DNA from: Candidatus Dormiibacterota bacterium
GTDB taxonomy: Bacteria > Chloroflexota > Dormibacteria > Aeolococcales > Aeolococcaceae
Assembly (NCBI GenBank): GCA_963718525.1
Contig: OY970355.1
Span: forward strand, 352,001 to 416,000
Direction of reading: 5' to 3'
Length of the DNA: 64,000 nt
Shown: positions 19,386 to 29,624 of the stretch, one piece after another
How positions within the stretch are numbered: position 1 is the first letter of the stretch
How the letters are laid out: the number at the start of each line of letters is the position of its first letter
Position numbers and translations under genes: made by a program
Notes under the pieces: generated by a model
Seen by the model: the letters and a program-made list of their open reading frames with translations, nothing else
Told to the model about the DNA's origin: nothing
The model's database searches: none

Positions 19386-21404
19386 ATGGGGAGCCTGAGA
19401 AGGAGGGGTCGGCACACCCGCTCCACCTCCAACGCACGTGGCTTTACGCCGCTCGGGGACGTCGAATCGGACGGATCGGGCCTGCTGATCGCAGCGCGTT
19501 CACAGTTCACGCACGCGCTCGTCGACGTCCGAATCCTCGCCGCAACGCTGAAGGGCGACCGTGCCCGGATGCGTCAACTCCGCGGCGAAATGGATGTTCT
19601 TCGTGAAGTCCGTCATACCAACCTCGTCTCGGTCATGGACTTCGACAAACGCGCCGGCGCTGTCGTGTACGAATCGGTACCAGGGAGCAGCCTGACCGAC
19701 TTGCTCGACGGGCAAGGCCCGATTGAGCTTGCAGCCGGCCTCGTGCTGCTCGAGGACTGCGTTTCAGGGCTCGAGGCGTTGCACAACGTCGGGGTCATCC
19801 ATCGGAACGTCACGCCCGATTCCGTTGTGATCGAAAGCACCGGTGCGGTGCTGCTTCGGGACACAGGGCTGTCGCCGACCGTGTCTCCTCCGGTCATGCC
19901 GTCAGAGCCAAGCCGGTTCCTCGCTCCCGAGGTGGCCGCCGGAGGACCGCCGACGCGGTCATCCGACCTCTATGGGGCCACGGCGGTCTTCCTGGAATCG
20001 ATTGGCGGGCGAGCCTCGAAACCGGGCATGAGAGTCGACCTCCGACCGCTGTTGGGCGAGGGGATGGCGAAGGACCCGTCCGCGCGCAGCGAGACGCTCG
20101 GCGCCTTTCGTCGCGAGCTCGACGACTATGCGCGGGCCACGTTTGGCGAGGGCTGGCGCAAGGAGGGACGGGCCCTTCTCGTCGCGGCAGCCGCGGGCCA
20201 GGCCAGTCGGTCCATCCGCGTCAGTTCGCCGGCTGAGCCGCCCAGCGAGGGGGCTGACGAAGCTTTGTCGGCGGTTGCGCTCCTGCGGTCACGCGGGTCG
20301 CGCAGCCCGCGCTCCCTACCCATGCTGGGTGCGTTTGGGCTCGTAGCACTCGTGGTTGTCCTTATCCTCGTGCGAGGCTTCTCGTCGCCTCAGGGCTTCT
20401 CGCCTATCCTCCACATATTCAACGGGATACCTGTTCTCGGCGCTCTGAGTTCGCCCACCCCCACTCCCACCGCCGCCGCTGTTGCGCCGGCGACCAGCGC
20501 GGGCCCATACATCAATCCAGCCACAGGATTGCCTATCACGAGCGCGAGTCCGACGGCCAATGGCGCGGGCGGCCCGACGCCCAAGCCGGGTTCCAATCCG
20601 ACGCCTCCACCCCTGATATCGCAGGCGGTTCGCTTCACCACGCAATCTCCCACCGGCGAGGTCTACAGCGGCTCGTACCTGGTCGGCGCCACCGGTGGTG
20701 CTTCAGGCAACCCCGTGCTCTTCAGCAGCCTGACCGGGACGGTTTGCAAACTTGGGGTCGGCAACACGTTTGACTTCGTGGGGGTCGGCACCTGCACGAT
20801 CCTTGCCTCACAACAAGGCAATGCACGCTACAGCGCGGGGACCGCCTCGATGTCGTTCACGGTTGGGCAGGCGTCCCAGACCATCAGCTTCACTACCTCA
20901 CCGAGCAACCCCACATACAACGACGCGCCGTACACCGTGCATGCCAGTGCGGCGGGCGGTCCCGTGACATTCTCCGCGGACCCTGCGAGCGTCGCGTGCA
21001 GCGTCAGCCCGACGGGGACTGTGACCTTCACGGCAGCAGGTGAGTGCATCATCGACGCAAATCAAGGTGGCAGCGCGGACTACTCTGCGGCACAGACGCG
21101 GCAGCAGCCGTTCAATGTGGCGCAGGCGTCGCAGACCGTGAATCCCACCTCGTCGCCTCCTTGTAATCCCTGCGCCACGCTGACGACGTACACCCTGTCA
21201 GGGACCGCATCCTCGGGGTTGGCGGTCACGTTCGGCATCGACGGCTCGAGCACCCCGGGCTCATGCTCCATCAGCGGAAACCAGGTCACCATCAATGGCG
21301 GTCCGGAATTTCCCGGTACCTGCGTGATCGATTTCTTTCAGAACGGGGACCAGGACTACTCCGCGGCCGCGGTCCAAACACAGAGTGTCACTGTCATCAC
21401 CTAA
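19386..21404 (+). CDS. Receptor-like Ser/Thr pseudokinase with TM helix and extracellular Ig-like repeats
   Basis: Kinase fold (VRHTNLVSVMD, GLEALHNVGVIHRNVTPDSV, FLAPE, SDLY) with degenerate catalytic motifs; TM LGAFGLVALVVVLILV; three SQ(A/T)x-start repeats with Cys pairs and G.C.I.x.Q.G...YSA. Confidence 0.8.
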   Translation: MGSLRRRGRHTRSTSNARGFTPLGDVESDGSGLLIAARSQFTHALVDVRILAATLKGDRARMRQLRGEMDVLREVRHTNLVSVMDFDKRAGAVVYESVPGSSLTDLLDGQGPIELAAGLVLLEDCVSGLEALHNVGVIHRNVTPDSVVIESTGAVLLRDTGLSPTVSPPVMPSEPSRFLAPEVAAGGPPTRSSDLYGATAVFLESIGGRASKPGMRVDLRPLLGEGMAKDPSARSETLGAFRRELDDYARATFGEGWRKEGRALLVAAAAGQASRSIRVSSPAEPPSEGADEALSAVALLRSRGSRSPRSLPMLGAFGLVALVVVLILVRGFSSPQGFSPILHIFNGIPVLGALSSPTPTPTAAAVAPATSAGPYINPATGLPITSASPTANGAGGPTPKPGSNPTPPPLISQAVRFTTQSPTGEVYSGSYLVGATGGASGNPVLFSSLTGTVCKLGVGNTFDFVGVGTCTILASQQGNARYSAGTASMSFTVGQASQTISFTTSPSNPTYNDAPYTVHASAAGGPVTFSADPASVACSVSPTGTVTFTAAGECIIDANQGGSADYSAAQTRQQPFNVAQASQTVNPTSSPPCNPCATLTTYTLSGTASSGLAVTFGIDGSSTPGSCSISGNQVTINGGPEFPGTCVIDFFQNGDQDYSAAAVQTQSVTVIT

Positions 21405-21439
21405 CTGAGCCCAGGGGAAGCGACGCCTGGTCCGAAGGC

Positions 21440-24400
21440 CTAGCCCAGCTTGAGATCGATGACGCTTGACGCTCCGGTGAGGCCGGCGCTGAAGGTGTAC
21501 ACGACAGTGGTGCTCGGGCTCGGGGCGGCCTCCCCGATCACTTTGCTGGTTGAGAAGTTGAGGCCGATGTAGAACGGGCCGCTCCCTGAGGTGACTTTGA
21601 CGGTGACCGCGTCGCTGGTCGTCGACTGAGTGATGCCGCCGCTGACCGTGGTGCAGCTACTCGCGGTCGCGTTGTCATATACGCCGCTGCCGCTGCTCAA
21701 GAGGAGTTTCTTACTCGTCTCATTGGTCGACTGCGTGATCTTGTAGGTACCGGTCGATGGAACCTTGACCCAGTACGTGAACGACGATGGTGTCACTGTG
21801 CCGATCTTGCTGCCGCTGAGCGTGTACTGATAGCTCGGTAGGCTGGTCGCAAATCCCGAGGCAAACTGCGCGCAGGTCGTGGCGACTGGGGTGATCTCGC
21901 TGATCTGGGGACCTACAGTCACCGGATCTGCTCCACACTTGCTGCTGACGGCTGCATTGTTCGCATCGCCACTGAAAGCCGCAGTCCACTGATAGGTGCC
22001 GACGGTTTTGGCCGTGAACCCAGTAGTGGTAGTGAAGGGTCCGTTCGTCTTCACCGCAGTCACGGTCTCGGTATGAATCGCAGAGGCGCAGCTGCGGTCG
22101 CCTGGGGCATACAACCTGAAGGTGATCGAGCCCGTACCAAGGAGGTTGCTGGTGCTTGCCAAGGTGGCGCTATCCTGCAACGTGGTACCTATGCCCGCAG
22201 ATTTGGGTTTCGCGGTGGTTGAGATCGTCGGCTGGGCGGTGATCACCACCGATTCGGTGCCACAGCTGCTGACCACAGCGGCGTTGTTCGCGTCGCCGCC
22301 ATAGCTCGCGATCCAGTAGTACGTCCCCGCTGCTTTCGGCGTCCATTTGACGCTGTAGCTCGCTGATGAACTTGCGACGGTCCCGTTTCCGCTAACGCCG
22401 GTAACCGCCGTCGCGCAGGTCCTGTCTGAGTACATCTTGAATGTCACTGTTCCGGTGGGCGCTATTGGCGCCCCTGACAATGTGGCCGTGTCCTTCAGGG
22501 TTTTGATCGCCTTGCCGACCGTCCCCGTGGTCGGGCTGGCCACGGTGCTGATCGTCGGAGATGCCTTCCCGATAACGATCTGCTCGGGGACTCCACCGCA
22601 GGTGCTGACCGTGTTGTTGTTGGCATCGCCGTTGTAAATTGCTCCCCAGTAGTAGGTCGTGACCGCCGCCGGCGTCCAACTGGCGCTGAAGCTCGCCGTC
22701 CCGGCGCTGATCGTCCCGTTTCCACTGACACCGGTCACTGCTGTCGTGCAGGTTGCATTCGTATACAACGTGAACGTCACCGATCCGGTCGGCGATGCCC
22801 CACCGGTCAGTGTCGCCGTGTCCTTGACAGTGATCTGTACCCCGACTGTTCCCGAGGTCGGACTCGCCTGCGTGGTCAGCGTCGGCGACGCCTTGCCCAC
22901 GGTCAGCGGCTCGCTGCTGCAGCTGCTCGTCGTGGGGTTGTTGTTGGCGTCGCCGGAGAACACCGCCTGCCAGTAGAAGGCGCCCACCGTCGGGAAGCTC
23001 AGCGTGCTCGAGTTCGGCACCGCTCCGGTGCTCTCATCCACCGGGAGGGAGCCCGCGCCTCGGGGGTTCTGCGTGCAGGTGTTGTTGCTGTACACCGTGT
23101 AGGTCACCGTCGACGAGCTCCCTCCAGGGGCGGCGAACCCGTTCAGCGTCGCGGTGTCAAAGTCCGTGCCCCCCGCCGCGATCGAGGTCTGATTCAACGC
23201 CGTCGTCAGCGTCGGCGACGCCGTGCCCACGGTCAGCGGCTCGCTGCTGCAGCTGCTCGTCGTGGGGTTGTTGTTGGCGTCGCCGGAGAACACCGCCTGC
23301 CAGTAGAAGGCGCCCACCGTCGGGAAGCTCAGCGTGCTCGAGTTCGGCACCGCTCCGGTGCTCTCATCCACCGGGAGGGAGCCCGCGCCTCGGGGGTTCT
23401 GCGTGCAGGTGTTGTTGCTGTACACCGTGTAGGTCACCGTCGACGAGCTCCCTCCAGGGGCGGCGAACCCGTTCAGCGTCGCGGTGTCAAAGTCCGTGCC
23501 CCCCGCCGCGATCGAGGTCTGATTCAACGCCGTCGTCAGCGTCGGCGACGCCGTGCCCACGGTCAGCGGCTCGCTGCTGCAGCTGCTCGTCGTGGGGTTG
23601 TTGTTGGCGTCGCCGGAGAACACCGCCTGCCAGTAGAAGGCGCCCACCGTCGGGAAGCTCAGCGTGCTCGAGTTCGGCACCGCTCCGGTGCTCTCATCCA
23701 CCGGGAGGGAGCCCGCGCCTCGGGGGTTCTGCGTGCAGGTGTTGTTGCTGTACACCGTGTAGGTCACCGTCGACGAGCTCCCTCCAGGGGCGGCGAACCC
23801 GTTCAGCGTCGCGGTGTCAAAGTCCGTGCCCCCCGCCGCGATCGAGGTCTGATTCAACGCCGTCGTCAGCGTCGGCGACGCCGTGCCCACGGTCAGCGGC
23901 TCGCTGCTGCAGCTGCTCGTCGTGGGGTTGTTGTTGGCGTCGCCGGAGAACACCGCCTGCCAGTAGAAGGCGCCCACCGTCGGGAAGCTCAGCGTGCTCG
24001 AGTTCGGCACCGCTCCGGTGCTCTCATCCACCGGGAGGGAGCCCGCGCCTCGGGGGTTCTGCGTGCAGGTGTTGTTGCTGTACACCGTGTAGGTCACCGT
24101 CGACGAGCTCCCTCCAGGGGCGGCGAACCCGTTCAGCGTCGCGGTGTCAAAGTCCGTGCCCCCCGCCGCGATCGAGGTCTGATTCAACGCCGTCGTCAGC
24201 GTCGGCGACGCCGTGCCCACGGTCAGCGGCTCGCTGCTGCAGCTGCTCGTCGTGGGGTTGTTGTTGGCGTCGCCGGAGAACACCGCCTGCCAGTAGAAGG
24301 CGCCCACCGTCGGGAAGCTCAGCGTGCTCGAGTTCGGCACCGCTCCGGTGCTCTCATCCACCGGGAGGGAGCCCGCGCCTCGGGGGTTCTGCGTGCAGGT

Positions 24401-25990
24401 GTTGTTGCTGTACACCGTGTAGGTCACCGTCGACGAGCTCCCTCCAGGGGCGGCGAACCCGTTCAGCGTCGCGGTGTCAAAGTCCGTGCCCCCCGCCGCG
24501 ATCGAGGTCTGATTCAACGCCGTCGTCAGCGTCGGCGACGCCGTGCCCACGGTCAGCGGCTCGCTGCTGCAGCTGCTCGTCGTGGGGTTGTTGTTGGCGT
24601 CGCCGGAGAACACCGCCTGCCAGTAGAAGGCGCCCACCGTCGGGAAGCTCAGCGTGCTCGAGTTCGGCACCGCTCCGGTGCTCTCATCCACCGGGAGGGA
24701 GCCCGCGCCTCGGGGGTTCTGCGTGCAGGTGTTGTTGCTGTACACCGTGTAGGTCACCGTCGACGAGCTCCCTCCAGGGGCGGCGAACCCGTTCAGCGTC
24801 GCGGTGTCAAAGTCCGTGCCCCCCGCCGCGATCGAGGTCTGATTCAACGCCGTCGTCAGCGTCGGCGACGCCGTGCCCACGGTCAGCGGCTCGCTGCTGC
24901 AGCTGCTCGTCGTGGGGTTGTTGTTGGCGTCGCCGGAGAACACCGCCTGCCAGTAGAAGGCGCCCACCGTCGGGAAGCTCAGCGTGCTCGAGTTCGGCAC
25001 CGCTCCGGTGCTCTCATCCACCGGGAGGGAGCCCGCGCCTCGGGGGTTCTGCGTGCAGGTGTTGTTGCTGTACACCGTGTAGGTCACCGTCGACGAGCTC
25101 CCTCCAGGGGCGGCGAACCCGTTCAGCGTCGCGGTGTCAAAGTCCGTGCCCCCCGCCGCGATCGAGGTCTGATTCAACGCCGTCGTCAGCGTCGGCGACG
25201 CCGTGCCCACGGTCAGCGGCTCGCTGCTGCAGCTGCTCGTCGTGGGGTTGTTGTTGGCGTCGCCGGAGAACACCGCCTGCCAGTAGAAGGCGCCCACCGT
25301 CGGGAAGCTCAGCGTGCTCGAGTTCGGCACCGCTCCGGTGCTCTCATCCACCGGGAGGGAGCCCGCGCCTCGGGGGTTCTGCGTGCAGGTGTTGTTGCTG
25401 TACACCGTGTAGGTCACCGTCGACGAGCTCCCTCCAGGGGCGGCGAACCCGTTCAGCGTCGCGGTGTCAAAGTCCGTGCCCCCCGCCGCGATCGAGGTCT
25501 GATTCAACGCCGTCGTCAGCGTCGGCGACGCCGTGCCCACCAACACCGGTTCATCACCGCAGTTGGTGGTTGCGCCGGCATTGTTCGAGTCCCCGCTGAA
25601 GCTCGCCACCCATTGGAATTTGCCCACGGCAGTGGCCACCCACCCGCCCGTGGTGCTGTACATCCCGTCACCCCCGATCCCGGTCACCGTCTCGGTATAG
25701 ATCACGCTTGTGCAGCTCGTGTCCCCCGGGCCGTACAGGTTGAAGGTGATCGACCCGGACCCGTCAGCATTGCTCGTGCCGCTCAGCGTCGCGCTGTCCT
25801 GCAGGTTGACCCCGACCGCTCCCGACCCCGGATTCGCCGTCGTCGTCAGCGTCGTCGGATTCGTCCCGGCCGCGGCACGCGCCTGCGGCACCACAAGAAG
25901 GAACCCCATAGCAATTAGCGAAGCCGACGCCGCCGCCATCGCTCGCCGAGAACGCGACGGGCGACTCAGTTGTCTCTGATATCCCCTCAA
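21440..25990 (-). CDS. Large secreted surface/adhesin-like protein with about 12 Ig-like domains
   Basis: Signal peptide (..LLVVPQARA); Thr/Ser-rich domains with DxATL...TFxxY...C...W.A.(F/Y).GD.NN...C..E. Start uncertain (TTG 25990 or ATG 25939). Confidence 0.88.
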   Translation of the reverse strand: MRGYQRQLSRPSRSRRAMAAASASLIAMGFLLVVPQARAAAGTNPTTLTTTANPGSGAVGVNLQDSATLSGTSNADGSGSITFNLYGPGDTSCTSVIYTETVTGIGGDGMYSTTGGWVATAVGKFQWVASFSGDSNNAGATTNCGDEPVLVGTASPTLTTALNQTSIAAGGTDFDTATLNGFAAPGGSSSTVTYTVYSNNTCTQNPRGAGSLPVDESTGAVPNSSTLSFPTVGAFYWQAVFSGDANNNPTTSSCSSEPLTVGTASPTLTTALNQTSIAAGGTDFDTATLNGFAAPGGSSSTVTYTVYSNNTCTQNPRGAGSLPVDESTGAVPNSSTLSFPTVGAFYWQAVFSGDANNNPTTSSCSSEPLTVGTASPTLTTALNQTSIAAGGTDFDTATLNGFAAPGGSSSTVTYTVYSNNTCTQNPRGAGSLPVDESTGAVPNSSTLSFPTVGAFYWQAVFSGDANNNPTTSSCSSEPLTVGTASPTLTTALNQTSIAAGGTDFDTATLNGFAAPGGSSSTVTYTVYSNNTCTQNPRGAGSLPVDESTGAVPNSSTLSFPTVGAFYWQAVFSGDANNNPTTSSCSSEPLTVGTASPTLTTALNQTSIAAGGTDFDTATLNGFAAPGGSSSTVTYTVYSNNTCTQNPRGAGSLPVDESTGAVPNSSTLSFPTVGAFYWQAVFSGDANNNPTTSSCSSEPLTVGTASPTLTTALNQTSIAAGGTDFDTATLNGFAAPGGSSSTVTYTVYSNNTCTQNPRGAGSLPVDESTGAVPNSSTLSFPTVGAFYWQAVFSGDANNNPTTSSCSSEPLTVGTASPTLTTALNQTSIAAGGTDFDTATLNGFAAPGGSSSTVTYTVYSNNTCTQNPRGAGSLPVDESTGAVPNSSTLSFPTVGAFYWQAVFSGDANNNPTTSSCSSEPLTVGTASPTLTTALNQTSIAAGGTDFDTATLNGFAAPGGSSSTVTYTVYSNNTCTQNPRGAGSLPVDESTGAVPNSSTLSFPTVGAFYWQAVFSGDANNNPTTSSCSSEPLTVGKASPTLTTQASPTSGTVGVQITVKDTATLTGGASPTGSVTFTLYTNATCTTAVTGVSGNGTISAGTASFSASWTPAAVTTYYWGAIYNGDANNNTVSTCGGVPEQIVIGKASPTISTVASPTTGTVGKAIKTLKDTATLSGAPIAPTGTVTFKMYSDRTCATAVTGVSGNGTVASSSASYSVKWTPKAAGTYYWIASYGGDANNAAVVSSCGTESVVITAQPTISTTAKPKSAGIGTTLQDSATLASTSNLLGTGSITFRLYAPGDRSCASAIHTETVTAVKTNGPFTTTTGFTAKTVGTYQWTAAFSGDANNAAVSSKCGADPVTVGPQISEITPVATTCAQFASGFATSLPSYQYTLSGSKIGTVTPSSFTYWVKVPSTGTYKITQSTNETSKKLLLSSGSGVYDNATASSCTTVSGGITQSTTSDAVTVKVTSGSGPFYIGLNFSTSKVIGEAAPSPSTTVVYTFSAGLTGASSVIDLKLG
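22901..25540. repeat. Eight tandem 330-bp (110-aa) repeats, apparently identical
   Basis: GGTCAGCGGCTCGCTGCTGC recurs at 22901, 23231, 23561, 23891, 24221, 24551, 24881 and 25211; the translated units are identical. Confidence 0.97.
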
Positions 25991-26201
25991 GTTCCCCTGT
26001 CTCCCTCTGGCCCAACTCACGGGGCAGCGTGACTGCCGCCGCTGCGGCAACTGGAGTACGCCCGGCCAATCCCCTTTCTAGCCCCAAGCCTTCCCGATGC
26101 GAGGCTCGCAAATAATGCGCTGCCAGGCCATGGGATTGCCAGCGGCGGAATTGAACTCGCCGGCGGCCGCCTTCCGGTGCCGACCGGCCCTCAGAACGAC
26201 A

Positions 26202-26241
26202 AACTCCTACCGCCGAGGAAGATTCCTCAGCAGTAGGAGTT
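26202..26241 (-). terminator. Long hairpin downstream of beta-helix paralog 2, probable intrinsic terminator
   Basis: Minus strand AACTCCTACTGCTGAGGAA-tc-TTCCTCGGCGGTAGGAGTT pairs fully when G-U pairs are allowed, and is followed by TGTCGTT. Confidence 0.6.
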
Positions 26242-26267
26242 CGAGTGTCCTTAGGACGCCGTCGGTT

Positions 26268-27296
26268 CTAGCAGTGCAGCGTGGACGCGTACCTCTGGTT
26301 GGTGACGGTGATCCCGGTGGCGGCGCCGTGGCGGGACGCGTGGATCGTGCCCTCACCGGCGTAGGTGAGCACATTCTCGATGAGGATGTTGCTCGCCGGG
26401 CCGGTCACGAACCAGGCCGGCTGGCACCGGTTGACACCGTAGTACGTCTCATTGTCGAGGACCGTATTGGTGTCGTTGAAGAGCGCAAGGATGCCGCCGT
26501 GGATGGTGATGTTGGTCAGACGAGCTCCGTTCTGGCAGTCAATGTCGACCGCCGCGAATCCACCGGTCCCGTGATTGACCATGACCACATTGGATACCAC
26601 GCTGCCGGTGATCGGGAAGGCGTAGCACGGGTTGGACCCTGTGAGCCTCATGCCGAAACCGGTGCCGGTCTCAGCCGTGATGTTCATCACCGTCGTATTG
26701 CTCGCGTCGCTGAAGAGGACCGCAGGCACAGGGCTGCCTGGGATCGGGACCGTTCCTGGGTTGAATGTCGCGGTATTGAGGTTCAGATTCTCGACCGTGT
26801 TGCCGGGCGAGGTGATCTGGAAGATGTTGCTGGCGCCGTGCTGGACGAGGAACGTGCGGGTCGGACCCGCGCCGTCAATCGTTACCCCGAAGTGGCCGCT
26901 GACGTGGATCCTGCCGGTGAGCACACACACGCCCGCTGGGATGGTGACCACCCCACCGGATTGCTTGCCCGCAGCGTCGATCGCCGCCTGGAGTGCCGCC
27001 GTGTTATCGGTAACGCCGTCGCAGTTGCCGACCGCGGTGGTCGTGGCGGTGTGGGTCACCCCGGCTGTGACGCCGAGAGGACCAACGGTCGAGCCTTTGG
27101 ATGGCTTCGACTTCCTGGAGGACGCCGCCGCGAGCGAGACGCTGCCATGGACGCTGTGGTGGGTTACCGATGATGTCAAGGACAGTGGCGCCGGAGACGA
27201 AACGGCGGCTGCGGTGGGTGTCATGCCGGCCTGCGCCAGTAGGGCAACGGTTCCAATGGCGGCGACGACGGCCAGGCGAGCGAAGGGAATGTTCAT
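26268..27296 (-). CDS. Exported right-handed beta-helix protein, paralog 2 (divergent)
   Basis: Signal peptide; CDGVTDNTAALQAAIDAA...GGVVTIPAGVC; TVENLNLNT; beta-helix repeats. Confidence 0.78.
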   Translation of the reverse strand: MNIPFARLAVVAAIGTVALLAQAGMTPTAAAVSSPAPLSLTSSVTHHSVHGSVSLAAASSRKSKPSKGSTVGPLGVTAGVTHTATTTAVGNCDGVTDNTAALQAAIDAAGKQSGGVVTIPAGVCVLTGRIHVSGHFGVTIDGAGPTRTFLVQHGASNIFQITSPGNTVENLNLNTATFNPGTVPIPGSPVPAVLFSDASNTTVMNITAETGTGFGMRLTGSNPCYAFPITGSVVSNVVMVNHGTGGFAAVDIDCQNGARLTNITIHGGILALFNDTNTVLDNETYYGVNRCQPAWFVTGPASNILIENVLTYAGEGTIHASRHGAATGITVTNQRYASTLHC

Positions 27297-27611
27297 GCCC
27301 CGACCGTGCCATCGGAGTCGGCCTCCCGATCTCACCTTCGGAAACTGGAATGTGACGGTTCAGCGACTTGCGTGCCGCCGATCGCCACAACCCCGCCATG
27401 CGTATGGCGGCGAAGCGGAGATTGACGCCCCATAGCGGCCGATTGCGCTCCGGGCCGTTGCATTGCTCGGTAACGACCCTGTCTCGGTCCGATGGGACCG
27501 GGCCTGATCAGATCGCGTGGTATGACGCGATTGCACCGATCCGCCGGTACCCCCAATAGGCCCGTGTATGATCATGCGAGGAACTGAGGCGGAATCGGGG
27601 GAAGGTATCGC

Positions 27612-29597
27612 GTGGAAGAAGTGGCGGTGAGCCGACGCATGGGCCGCCGGATGCTGGGTCTGGTGGGCGGGGCGTCGGTCGCCGCCGGCTTGCTGGTGGC
27701 GCAGGGAGCGAATCCCACGTCGCCGGTCAGGGCGGCGACCCTTGGGGGAGCCCCCGCGTCCGGTTTGCGGCCGACGTCCACCCAGACCGCCTGCCTCCAG
27801 TCGACCGGATCGTATACGCCGCCGGCCACGGCACCGCACATCATGATGATCGTGGACGAGAACACGTCATACGGCGCCAGTGACGGTAGTCCATATGTCA
27901 TCGGGAATTCGAAGGCGCCGTACATCAACGACACGCTGATCAAGAAGGACGGCTATACGTCGCTGACCAACTGGTACTCCTTCGAGCACAACAGCCCACT
28001 CGACTACATGGACTTCGTCTCCGGGTGTGACCACAACGGCCTCTCGAGGCCTTATACGGATCCAACCGTCGTCAACGAACTCGATACGGCAGGCTTCACA
28101 TGGAAGGCCTACATGGACGGGCTTGCGCCAAGTCAGACCTGCTACACGGGCACGGGCGCGGGCACGAACCACTATTCGCAGACGCACAACCCCTTCATCT
28201 ACTTCAGCCAGATCATCAACAACTCGCCCGAGTGCAATGCCAATGTGGTCCCGTACCAGCAGTCACAGCTGTCGATGGATCTGAACAGCACCACGCCACC
28301 AGACTTCGTCTGGATCACGCCGAACGAGTGCAACGACATGCACAGCCTCTGTGCTCCGCTGAACAACCACGTGGGGCAGGGAGATGCATGGCTCGCGGCG
28401 AATCTGCCCACGGTCCTCAACTCAAGCTGGTACACGAAGGGTAACGGCATCGTGATCATCACCTTTGATGAGGGTGCGAGTGGCGACAACCAGCCGGGCA
28501 CGTCCGAGGGCGCGGGCGGTCACATCGCCACGCTCGTCATCAGCCAGAACTCCTGTGGTGCATACGCCGGCACCGGCAACAACTTCGCCACACTTCGCGG
28601 GATCGAGGAGGCGTACGGCGTTCCGCTGTTGAACAATGCGAGCAACGCCACCTACGGCGATATCACGCCTGCGTTTGCCGACGGCGCCTGCAAGGGTAGC
28701 GGCGGTACCGGCACCATCAGCGGGGTGGTCACCAACAGCCAGACCGCCCTCCCGATTCAGGGCGCCACAGTCACCTGCACCTGCAACAACACCCCGACCG
28801 GCACGGATGTCAACGGCAACTACTCGTTCACCAACGTTGTCGTCGGCACCTACTCGGTCACCTTCTCTGACCCGGCGTTCGTCACCCAGATCGTGAACAA
28901 TGTCGGCGTCACATCGGGAAACACCACGACTGTCAATGCGGCACTGGTGCCCGCAAGCACATCACCCCCCACCGTCGTCCAGGACGTCGGTGTGGCGGCC
29001 CAGAAGACGAGCACATCATTTTCGGTGACCACGAGCTCGACAACCGCCGGCGACCTGCTCGCCATCTCGACCGAGAGCGACGCCGGCGGAAGTAAGTCGT
29101 CAGCCACCGTCACAGGCGTCACCGACAACCAGGGTGACGTGTGGATGAAGGCGGTTGCAGCGAACCCATCGACACGTGACGGCGCCGAGATCTGGTACTC
29201 ACCAGGAGCCAACTCCGGGGTGACCACGGTGACAGTCACGTACTCGAAGTCTGTCAACCCGGTCGTCCGTTTCTATGAGATCGCCAATGCGAGCGCGCTG
29301 GATGCGACCTCAGCCGGGTCGGCGAAGAACACAACTCCAAATACCGGGACCACGGTGACGACGACGACGGCGAACGAGATGGTCATCGGCGTGATCGGCT
29401 TCGCCCCGAACACGGCGACCCTGAGCGGACTGACCCCAGGCTTCGCCAACGACCCGCTCCTGCTCAACAACCTCACCAACTTCAACAACGCCGAGCAGTC
29501 CGGTCACGAGGCGGTCTCCTCCAACGGCACCTTCTCGTATTCCGGGACGCTCTCGACCTCTGCGTCCTGGGCGGCGGTGCTCGCGACCTTCAGATAG
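27612..29597 (+). CDS. Exported phosphoesterase (AcpA/PLC family, alkaline phosphatase superfamily) with carboxypeptidase-regulatory-like and C-terminal beta-rich domains
   Basis: HIMMIVDEN, TWKAYMD, HNPF, ITPNECNDMH, GDAWL, ITFDE and LRGIEEAYG motifs; then GTISGVVTN...PIQGATV...TDVNGNYSF. Possible Tat signal (GRRMLG). Confidence 0.85.
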   Translation: MEEVAVSRRMGRRMLGLVGGASVAAGLLVAQGANPTSPVRAATLGGAPASGLRPTSTQTACLQSTGSYTPPATAPHIMMIVDENTSYGASDGSPYVIGNSKAPYINDTLIKKDGYTSLTNWYSFEHNSPLDYMDFVSGCDHNGLSRPYTDPTVVNELDTAGFTWKAYMDGLAPSQTCYTGTGAGTNHYSQTHNPFIYFSQIINNSPECNANVVPYQQSQLSMDLNSTTPPDFVWITPNECNDMHSLCAPLNNHVGQGDAWLAANLPTVLNSSWYTKGNGIVIITFDEGASGDNQPGTSEGAGGHIATLVISQNSCGAYAGTGNNFATLRGIEEAYGVPLLNNASNATYGDITPAFADGACKGSGGTGTISGVVTNSQTALPIQGATVTCTCNNTPTGTDVNGNYSFTNVVVGTYSVTFSDPAFVTQIVNNVGVTSGNTTTVNAALVPASTSPPTVVQDVGVAAQKTSTSFSVTTSSTTAGDLLAISTESDAGGSKSSATVTGVTDNQGDVWMKAVAANPSTRDGAEIWYSPGANSGVTTVTVTYSKSVNPVVRFYEIANASALDATSAGSAKNTTPNTGTTVTTTTANEMVIGVIGFAPNTATLSGLTPGFANDPLLLNNLTNFNNAEQSGHEAVSSNGTFSYSGTLSTSASWAAVLATFR

Positions 29598-29624
29598 CGG
29601 TTCTGAACAACCCAGGACCGCGTG

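Noticed and set aside
22901-25540. CRISPR array or non-coding repeat
   Set aside because: The units are 330 bp, contiguous, without spacers and in frame within a protein; no cas genes are present.
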